24,885 nt of DNA from Gammaproteobacteria bacterium (lineage in GTDB: Bacteria; Pseudomonadota; Gammaproteobacteria; Chromatiales; Chromatiaceae): contig JAUXGQ010000001.1 of the NCBI GenBank assembly GCA_030621975.1, forward strand, positions 1 to 24,885. The letters are read 5' to 3'. How positions within the stretch are numbered: the first letter of the stretch is position 1; each line of letters starts with the position of its first letter. This document shows, piece after piece, positions 1 to 6,076 of the stretch. The position numbers and the translations under genes are program-made. The notes under the pieces are model-generated. The model saw only the letters and a program-made list of their open reading frames with translations. It was not told the origin of the DNA and did not search any database.

Positions 1-471
1 CTCGAAAAGGTCCCGGTGCACATCGTCCGGCGCCGTTTCCTTGCGGCTTTCGTCCAGGCGTCCCCGATACTGCAGACCCAGATCCGCGTTGTATCCAAAA
101 AAATCCGGGGTACAAACAGCCCCATAGTCGCGGGCCACTTGCTGGGTTTCATCCAGAAGGTAAGGAAAAGGGAAAGCGAATTGCGAGGCAATGTGCCGCA
201 TGTTTTCGAACGAATCCTCTGGATACTCCGCGGAATCGTTGGACATGATCGCCACGCTGTTGATGCCTAATACCTGTAAGTCCCTGGCATCACGCACAAT
301 ACGTTCCCGAACCGCCTTCACATAAGGACAGTGGTTGCAGATAAACATCACCAGCAACCCATTCTTACCGCGGCATTGCTGCAGGTTCCAGGTTCGCCCG
401 TCGACACCGGGCAAGGAGAAATCCGGCGCGGGCTTACCAAAATCACACACGGGGGTTTGCAAGGAAACCAT
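1..471 (-). CDS. Thioredoxin-fold AhpC/TSA (peroxiredoxin-like) family protein, 3' end runs off the window
   Basis: Not in the ORF track. Manual translation from ATG at 471 gives 157 open codons to the window edge: MVSLQTPVCDFGKPAPDFSLPGVDG...VMFICNHCPYVKAV...AIMSND...YPEDSFENM...YLLDETQQVARDYGAVCTPDFFGY...LQYRGRLD. It has a CxxC (CNHC) motif and a GGAG Shine-Dalgarno ~8 nt upstream. Confidence 0.9.
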   Translation of the reverse strand, partial: MVSLQTPVCDFGKPAPDFSLPGVDGRTWNLQQCRGKNGLLVMFICNHCPYVKAVRERIVRDARDLQVLGINSVAIMSNDSAEYPEDSFENMRHIASQFAFPFPYLLDETQQVARDYGAVCTPDFFGYNADLGLQYRGRLDESRKETAPDDVHRDLFE

Positions 472-510
472 GGCTTCGACTCCAAGTTGCCGTAGATTGA
501 GTAGGGACAT

Positions 511-527
511 ATACCCACCATGGGTAT
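511..527. promoter_or_regulatory. Palindromic operator candidate ATACCCA-CCA-TGGGTAT (CsoR/RcnR-family-like), overlapping a minus-strand -10 element TAAAAT (531..526)
   Basis: Perfect 7-bp inverted repeat with a 3-nt spacer, 40 nt upstream of the thioredoxin-family start. The core TACCC-N5-GGGTA resembles CsoR-family operators. The family assignment is inference. Confidence 0.55.
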
Positions 528-593
528 TTTACAGCCCCTGACCCTGACAAATCCAGATTCGGAGCCGAGGATGCAATAACCTCAGAGACGGGT

Positions 594-622
594 TTTTCAG
601 CGCTATCTTAAAAGGGTACAAT
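594..622 (+). promoter_or_regulatory. Candidate sigma70 promoter for metK-ahcY-metF (TTTTCA-N17-TACAAT)
   Basis: -35 matches 4/6 at 594-599, -10 matches 5/6 at 617-622, spacer exactly 17 nt. Predicts +1 near 629 and a ~167-nt leader. Confidence 0.5.
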
Positions 623-795
623 AAGCGCCGATTGCGAACGGGGGTCCCGTATTTTCCCGTAAAAGCCCTCAACCCGACCGGCTGCGAGAGTATCTTTAAT
701 ATAGAGGATGAGCGTACAGCGGCCATCTAATTGTGACATGCAGATCCCCCCCCCGATAAATCGGCTCTATTAACTCAAAACGGAAAATATAAGGA

Positions 796-1962
796 ATGGC
801 AAAAGATTTTATTTTCACCTCTGAGTCCGTTTCTGAAGGACACCCGGACAAGGTAGCGGACCAGATCGCGGATGCGGTGCTCGACGAGATGTTGAAGCAG
901 GATCCTACGGCCCGCGTCGCCTGTGAAATCATGGTCAAGACCGGGATGGTCATGCTGGCCGGCGAGATAACCACCAGCGCCTGGGTCGACACCGACGCCG
1001 TGGTGCGCCGGGTAGTCGATGACATCGGCTACAATCACTGCGATATCGGATTCGATGCGGAGACCTGCGCCATCATCTCCGCAATCGGCAAGCAATCCGG
1101 CGACATTGCCATGGGGGTCAACGAGGACGAGCGCCATGAACAGGGCGCCGGCGACCAGGGCCTGATGTTCGGCTACGCGAGCAACGAGACGGATGTTCTG
1201 ATGCCTGCGCCGATCACCTATGCTCATCGACTGATGTTACGCCAGGCTCAGATGCGCAAGAACCGGACCCTGCCCTGGCTGCGCCCCGATGCCAAAAGCC
1301 AGGTTACCTTCCGTTACGAGGATCACAAACCCGTGGCGATCGAAGCCGTGGTGCTGTCCACCCAGCACGATCCAGACATCTCCGAGAAATCCTTGCGCGA
1401 AGCGGTCATGGACGAGATTATAAAGCCGGTGTTACCCAGCAAATGGCTGGATTCCTGCAAGCAGGAGCATATCCACATCAATCCCACGGGCCGATTCGTG
1501 ATCGGAGGCCCAGTGGGGGATTGCGGTGTCACCGGACGCAAAATCATCGTCGACACCTATGGCGGCATGGCCCGTCACGGCGGCGGTGCTTTTTCCGGTA
1601 AGGATCCGTCGAAAGTGGATCGTTCCGCCGCCTATGCCTGCCGCTACGTGGCCAAGAACATCGTTGCCGCCGAACTGGCCGAGCGTTGCGAGATACAGGT
1701 ATCTTACGCCATCGGCGTAGCCGAGCCGACCTCCATCACCATCGATACCTTCGGTACCGGCAAGGTATCAGACGATCGGCTCGCGTCCCTGATTGTCGAC
1801 CATTTCGATCTGCGCCCACGCGGTTTGGTCACCATGCTCGACCTGCTACGCCCGATCTATCTCAAAACGGCCGCCTACGGCCATTTCGGCAGGACCGACG
1901 ACGATTTCAGCTGGGAACGCACGGACAAGGTGGGAATGCTGCGAGACGCCGCCGGCGTGTGA
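796..1962 (+). CDS. metK: S-adenosylmethionine synthetase
   Basis: Signature motifs [44 protein letters not shown]; 388 aa. Confidence 0.99.
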   Translation: MAKDFIFTSESVSEGHPDKVADQIADAVLDEMLKQDPTARVACEIMVKTGMVMLAGEITTSAWVDTDAVVRRVVDDIGYNHCDIGFDAETCAIISAIGKQSGDIAMGVNEDERHEQGAGDQGLMFGYASNETDVLMPAPITYAHRLMLRQAQMRKNRTLPWLRPDAKSQVTFRYEDHKPVAIEAVVLSTQHDPDISEKSLREAVMDEIIKPVLPSKWLDSCKQEHIHINPTGRFVIGGPVGDCGVTGRKIIVDTYGGMARHGGGAFSGKDPSKVDRSAAYACRYVAKNIVAAELAERCEIQVSYAIGVAEPTSITIDTFGTGKVSDDRLASLIVDHFDLRPRGLVTMLDLLRPIYLKTAAYGHFGRTDDDFSWERTDKVGMLRDAAGV

Positions 1963-1980
1963 TGACGCCAACTTAACTCA

Positions 1981-2011
1981 AAGGGAGCTCTGATTGAATC
2001 AGGGTCTCCTT
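1981..2011 (+). other. Intercistronic stem-loop between metK and ahcY
   Basis: AAGG(G)AG-CTCTGAT-TGA-ATCAGGG-(T)-CTCCTT can form a ~13-bp imperfect hairpin. There is no U-tract, so it is not an intrinsic terminator. Confidence 0.4.
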
Positions 2012-2044
2012 ATTCAACCCGACGACACGGTCAGGAACACCTAT

Positions 2045-3358
2045 ATGAACACCCAACCGATTGAAAACCTGGATCCCGACTACAAGGTAGCCGACATCGG
2101 CCTGGCGGACTGGGGCCGCAAGGAAATTGCCATCGCTGAAACCGAAATGCCCGGCCTGATGGCATTGCGAGAGGAGTACAGCGACGAAAAGCCGTTGGCG
2201 GGCGCTCGCATCGCAGGTTGTCTGCATATGACGATCCAAACCGCCGTCCTGATCGAAACCCTGACCGCCCTGGGTGCGGAGGTTCGCTGGTCGTCGTGCA
2301 ACATCTTCTCCACCCAGGATCACGCCGCCGCCGGTGTAGCCGCGGCCGGTGTCCCGGTTTTTGCCTGGAAGGGCGAGACGGAGGAGGAGTTCTGGTGGTG
2401 TATAGACCAGACCATCTTCGGACCGGGGGGCTGGCGCCCGAATCTGATCCTGGACGACGGGGGCGACCTGACCCAGGTGATGCATGAGAAGTATCCGGAA
2501 CTGATGACTGAGGTACGGGGACTCTCCGAGGAGACCACTACCGGGGTGCACCGCCTGTACGAGATGATGAGTAACGGCGAATTGATGGTCCCCGCCATCA
2601 ACGTCAACGACTCGGTAACCAAATCCAAGTTCGACAACCTGTACGGCTGTCGCGAATCCCTGGTGGATGGCATCAAACGCGCGACCGACGTGATGATCGC
2701 CGGCAAGATCACCGTCGTGCTGGGCTACGGCGATGTGGGCAAAGGCTGCGCGCAGGCGCTGCGCGGCCTGGGCGCGGTGGTCTGGGTCACGGAAATCGAT
2801 CCCATCTGCGCCTTGCAGGCGGCCATGGAAGGTTTTCGTGTGGTAACCATGGAGGACGCCATGGATCAAGGGGATATCTTCGTCACCGCAACGGGCAACT
2901 ATAAAGTGATCACCCACGAACACCTGCAGGCGATGAAGAACCAGGCCGTGGTCTGCAACATCGGGCACTTCGATAACGAAATCGACGTGGCAGGCCTGCG
3001 CGACTACCAATGGGAGAACATCAAACCCCAGGTAGACCATGTTATCTTCCCCGATGGCAAGCGTATAATCCTGCTCGCAGAGGGTCGGCTGGTAAACCTT
3101 GGCTGTGCCACGGGACATCCCAGCTTCGTCATGTCCAACTTCTTCACCAATCAGACCCTGGCGCAAATCGAACTCTGGAGCAATCCAGACAGGTATGAGA
3201 AGGAGGTCTACGTGCTGCCCAAGCACCTGGATGAAAAAGTGGCGCGCCTGCATCTCAGGAAGATCGGCGCGCAGTTGACGACCCTGACCCCGGAGCAGGC
3301 CGACTACATCGGCGTCAGCGCGGATGGGCCCTACAAACCCGAGTATTACCGCTATTGA
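2045..3358 (+). CDS. ahcY: Adenosylhomocysteinase (SAH hydrolase)
   Basis: Motifs [66 protein letters not shown]-terminal KPEYYRY. Start moved from 1994 to the in-frame ATG at 2045, which follows AGGA. Confidence 0.98.
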   Translation: MNTQPIENLDPDYKVADIGLADWGRKEIAIAETEMPGLMALREEYSDEKPLAGARIAGCLHMTIQTAVLIETLTALGAEVRWSSCNIFSTQDHAAAGVAAAGVPVFAWKGETEEEFWWCIDQTIFGPGGWRPNLILDDGGDLTQVMHEKYPELMTEVRGLSEETTTGVHRLYEMMSNGELMVPAINVNDSVTKSKFDNLYGCRESLVDGIKRATDVMIAGKITVVLGYGDVGKGCAQALRGLGAVVWVTEIDPICALQAAMEGFRVVTMEDAMDQGDIFVTATGNYKVITHEHLQAMKNQAVVCNIGHFDNEIDVAGLRDYQWENIKPQVDHVIFPDGKRIILLAEGRLVNLGCATGHPSFVMSNFFTNQTLAQIELWSNPDRYEKEVYVLPKHLDEKVARLHLRKIGAQLTTLTPEQADYIGVSADGPYKPEYYRY

Positions 3359-3395
3359 CGGGGCTCTCCGGGATACACCCGTCTTCAGCGCCGCC

Positions 3396-4265
3396 ATGCA
3401 CTCACAGAAGAACTTTCCGCGAACGTTCAGCTTCGAACTCTTCCCTCCGAAGACCGACGCCGGTATGGAGAAGCTGCAGCACAACGTACGGAAACTCGCC
3501 ACCCTGAATCCTACTTATTTCTCCGTGACCTATGGCGCCGGCGGCTCTACCCAGGAGCGGACCTTTTCCACCGTTGGCTGGTTGCGCAGCCTGGGCTTAG
3601 CCACCGCGCCACATCTCTCCTGCATTGGGGCTACCAGGGACACCATTCGGGAGATACTCGCCCATTACCAGAACCAGGGCATCGACCGTATCGTGGCGCT
3701 GCGCGGCGACATGCCCTCTGGCATGGGCGAGCCGGGTGATTTTCGCTACGCCAACGAACTGGTGGCGTTTATCCGCGAGGAAACCGGCGACCATTTTCAT
3801 ATCGAAGTCGCCGCTTATCCCGAGGTCCATCCCCAGGCAGCCAGCGCCGAGGCGGACCTTCGCAACTTCAAGCGCAAGGTAGACAGCGGTGCAAACGCCG
3901 CCATCACCCAGTATTTCTACAACCCGGATGCCTATTTTCGGTTCGTCGAGAACTGCGAAAAGCTCGGCATGGACGTCCCCATCGTTCCCGGCATCATGCC
4001 CATCGGCAACTATACCCAACTGGCGCGTTTCTCCGACGCCTGCGGGGCCGAGATCCCGCGCTGGTTGCGCAAGCGACTAGAGGGCTTTGGGGATGACCTG
4101 GACCAGATCCGCGCCTTCGGTATAGAGGTGGTAAGCGCGCTATGCCAGCGGCTGCTCGAACAGGGCGCACCGGGCCTGCACTTCTATACCATGAACCAGG
4201 CCGGGCTGACGCAGGCGATATGGCGAAACCTGGGGTTGCCGACCGGCCCAGAGAATCCGTCCTGA
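3396..4265 (+). CDS. metF: 5,10-methylenetetrahydrofolate reductase
   Basis: SFELFPPKT, SVTYGAGGST, APHLSC, VALRGD, AAYPEVHP, ITQYFY, LHFYTMN. Start moved to the in-frame ATG at 3396 to remove the overlap with ahcY. Confidence 0.98.
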   Translation: MHSQKNFPRTFSFELFPPKTDAGMEKLQHNVRKLATLNPTYFSVTYGAGGSTQERTFSTVGWLRSLGLATAPHLSCIGATRDTIREILAHYQNQGIDRIVALRGDMPSGMGEPGDFRYANELVAFIREETGDHFHIEVAAYPEVHPQAASAEADLRNFKRKVDSGANAAITQYFYNPDAYFRFVENCEKLGMDVPIVPGIMPIGNYTQLARFSDACGAEIPRWLRKRLEGFGDDLDQIRAFGIEVVSALCQRLLEQGAPGLHFYTMNQAGLTQAIWRNLGLPTGPENPS

Positions 4266-4283
4266 TCCCAGCTCCGATTACTC

Positions 4284-4418
4284 ACCGCAGAGGACGCAGA
4301 GCTTTTGGAATTCATGGGCTTATGAGACGGACTTGGGCCGGGAGTACTTACGCTTCGCACCGAGAAATATACAGAGCCGCATAAGCTAGCCTGTTACTCT
4401 CTCTGCGTCCTCTGCGGT
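4284..4418. repeat. 135-bp element bounded by perfect 18-bp inverted repeats (MITE-like / non-autonomous palindromic element)
   Basis: ACCGCAGAGGACGCAGAG (4284-4301) and CTCTGCGTCCTCTGCGGT (4401-4418) are exact reverse complements. A nested 7-bp inverted repeat GCTTATG/CATAAGC lies at 4318-4324 and 4380-4386. Confidence 0.85.
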
Positions 4419-4482
4419 TAATTTTGTCTAACTCCTGCCGCATCGATACCCATGACCTGGAGCCCCACAGCTAGCTCACAGT

Positions 4483-5217
4483 ATGCGTCTTCCCAGAATC
4501 TACACGCCCCAGCCACTGGCAGAGCGGACTCGAATCCAATTGGATGCGCGCGCGGCCCGTCATGTGAGCCGCGTGTTACGGTTGCGGGCCGGTGCGTCCC
4601 TGAAACTTTTTAACGGAGACGGCAGGGAATACGGCGCACTTATCCTCGCCACTGGCAAGAGCGACGTAGAGATCGAGACCCTGGAAGCATCCGGCTCCGA
4701 TCCAGTGCCCGAGCCCCGCTTCACCCTGATTCAAGGCATCGCCAAGGGCGATCGTATGGACTACGCCCTGCAAAAAGCGGTGGAACTGGGGGCACATCGG
4801 CTCATCCCGGCCTTGACCGAGCACAGCGTGGTCAAACTGGAGAAGGACCGGCTCGCCCAGCGCATGGAACACTGGCGGGGGATCCTGATCAGCGCCAGCG
4901 AACAGTGCGGTCGTCGTTACCTCCCGGAACTCGAGGCGGTCGCGGAATTGAACTCGATACTCACCCGGCTGCCCGAAGGGTCTCTGAAACTGGTTCTCGA
5001 CCATCGAGCCGATCTTGCCCTGCCCAGCCTCTCCCGACCCAAAGGCGAGGTGGTCATACTAACCGGCCCCGAGGGCGGACTCAGCACCGAGGAACTGGAT
5101 CTGGTCAGGGACAGCGGCTTCACACCCGTACGCCTCGGCCCCCGGGTAATGCGCACCGAGACGGCTCCGCTGGCCGCCCTGGCCGCTTTGCAGACACTGT
5201 GGGGTGATTTTCGCTGA
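4483..5217 (+). CDS. rsmE: 16S rRNA m3U1498 methyltransferase
   Basis: MRLPRIY N-terminus, HVSRVLRL, QKAVELG, SASEQCGR, GPEGG, LGPRVMRTETA (SPOUT RsmE motifs). Confidence 0.97.
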   Translation: MRLPRIYTPQPLAERTRIQLDARAARHVSRVLRLRAGASLKLFNGDGREYGALILATGKSDVEIETLEASGSDPVPEPRFTLIQGIAKGDRMDYALQKAVELGAHRLIPALTEHSVVKLEKDRLAQRMEHWRGILISASEQCGRRYLPELEAVAELNSILTRLPEGSLKLVLDHRADLALPSLSRPKGEVVILTGPEGGLSTEELDLVRDSGFTPVRLGPRVMRTETAPLAALAALQTLWGDFR

Positions 5218-5265
5218 CCCGACGTCCGGGCTCGGAACCGGGGGTTTAACCTGTCTTCATTAATA

Positions 5266-5404
5266 GACAGGATTTACAGGATCTCTTTGGATTCTGAACC
5301 TTGTGTATGGCAAAGGCGCACCCAATACTCCTGTCCCGAAAATCTACGTCCGGAAGGCATATTTCAACATCCCGTCAATCCTGTGAAATCCTGTTGATCC
5401 TGTC
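5266..5404. repeat. 139-bp element bounded by imperfect inverted repeats built from tandem ACAGGAT/ATCCTGT units
   Basis: Left arm GACAGGATTTACAGGAT (5266-5282). The right end has four tandem units (ATCCCGT, then three ATCCTGT) at 5369, 5378, 5388 and 5397. The terminal 17 nt match the left arm at 15/17. Confidence 0.8.
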
Positions 5405-5437
5405 CATTCTTCTGAGGCGTAGATCTCATATATGCGC

Positions 5438-5460
5438 GTGGGCACAAAAAGCGTGCCCAC
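5438..5460. repeat. REP-like hairpin GTGGGCAC-AAAAAGC-GTGCCCAC
   Basis: Perfect 8-bp stem with a 7-nt loop, followed by CCTTCTAC (GTAG on the minus strand), in a convergent intergenic region. Confidence 0.7.
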
Positions 5461-5480
5461 CCTTCTACCAGGCTGATGTA

Positions 5481-5499
5481 ACCACGGATGGACACGGAT
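5481..5499 (+). repeat. Solo repeat arm ACCACGGAT-GG-ACACGGAT
   Basis: Two CACGGAT units at a 10-nt period. Same design and same ACC start as the 4284 arm. I found no partner arm in the window. Confidence 0.55.
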
Positions 5500-5517
5500 T
5501 AACTATCTGAGGATACA

Positions 5518-5594
5518 GTAAGACTGGGGCTCGCCCCAGCAGATCGGCTCGCGAGCAGGCGATGCAAACAAAGCTGGGGCAAGCCCCAGCCTAC
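5518..5594. repeat. Inverted REP doublet (REPIN-like) of GTAG-GCTGGGGC-TT-GCCCCAGC
   Basis: Plus-strand degenerate copy GTAAGACTGGGGCTCGCCCCAGC (5518-5540) and minus-strand intact copy GTAGGCTGGGGCTTGCCCCAGC (5594-5573), 32 nt apart. Confidence 0.75.
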
Positions 5595-6076
5595 CCCGCC
5601 TTGTCAGACGTCAGAGCGAGGGACTCGATTATGGTTTCTTCCAATGCATCCAGATCCGGGATGATCGCTTCCTGGCCCGCGACATAGACCTGGCGCAATA
5701 TCAGGGGGCTGGCTTCACTGACCACAAGATTGGGGGAGATGCTGGCGGGGATTAACCCTATCAGACGGGGAATGGCCTTGGCGACCACACCGATGTAAGG
5801 CAGCCCGCGGGGATCCTCGCCCAGGGTGTTACACACCACGATGCGGGCACGCGCCCCCGGCGGCGCCGTCGGAACGTTCAGGGCCCGCTCGAAGGACACT
5901 AGCGGAAACTTCCGCCCGTGCCACTGAATCTCGCCCAACAGCCAGTCCGGGGTCTGCGGGTAGGGGGCGGGTTCGCGAAATCCGATCACTTCGGCAATCG
6001 TGACATTCGGCAGCAGCAGTTTGTAACCATCCAGCGGGATCAGCACACCACGGATGTCGGCCTCTGCTACAGTCAT
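5591..6076 (-). CDS. chpC: CheW-like adaptor of the Pil-Chp system
   Basis: IRGVLIPL...LLLPNVTIAEVI...WLLGEIQW...LVSFE...IPDLDALE is the ChpC-type CheW pattern. ATGA overlap with the chpA stop. Confidence 0.88.
   Translation of the reverse strand: MTVAEADIRGVLIPLDGYKLLLPNVTIAEVIGFREPAPYPQTPDWLLGEIQWHGRKFPLVSFERALNVPTAPPGARARIVVCNTLGEDPRGLPYIGVVAKAIPRLIGLIPASISPNLVVSEASPLILRQVYVAGQEAIIPDLDALEETIIESLALTSDKAG

Noticed and set aside
16-541. Plus-strand ORFs 16-270 and 335-541
   Set aside because: They are antisense to the thioredoxin-family gene at 1-471, which has clear family motifs.
543-566. Minus-strand 24-mer resembling the tmRNA 5' end
   Set aside because: Only about 17/24 identity, no room for a full tmRNA, and no tag frame or matching 3' acceptor stem.
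623-795. Known SAM-I, SAM-II, SAM-III or SAH riboswitch upstream of metK
   Set aside because: Only fragments resemble them (GCGCCGATT, TTCCCG, GAGGATGAGCGT, GATAAA). The conserved cores and spacing are absent. A covariance-model search would be decisive.
1973-3502. Long antisense or alternative-frame ORFs (e.g. 509 aa opposite ahcY; also 775-1227, 6772-8031, 10939-11979, 15738-16607, 17698-19056, 24026-24877)
   Set aside because: They lie over well-supported genes and have no recognisable motifs. Such shadow ORFs are expected from GC-rich codon bias.
4446-4454. ATACCCATG upstream of rsmE, matching half of the 511-527 operator
   Set aside because: There is no second half-site, and a 9-mer match is plausible by chance.
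5250-5468. Rho-independent terminators after rsmE or chpC
   Set aside because: Hairpins are present, but none is followed by a U-tract on either strand.
4284-5594. CRISPR array interpretation of the repeats
   Set aside because: There are no regularly spaced 23-47 nt direct repeats with unique spacers and no cas genes.
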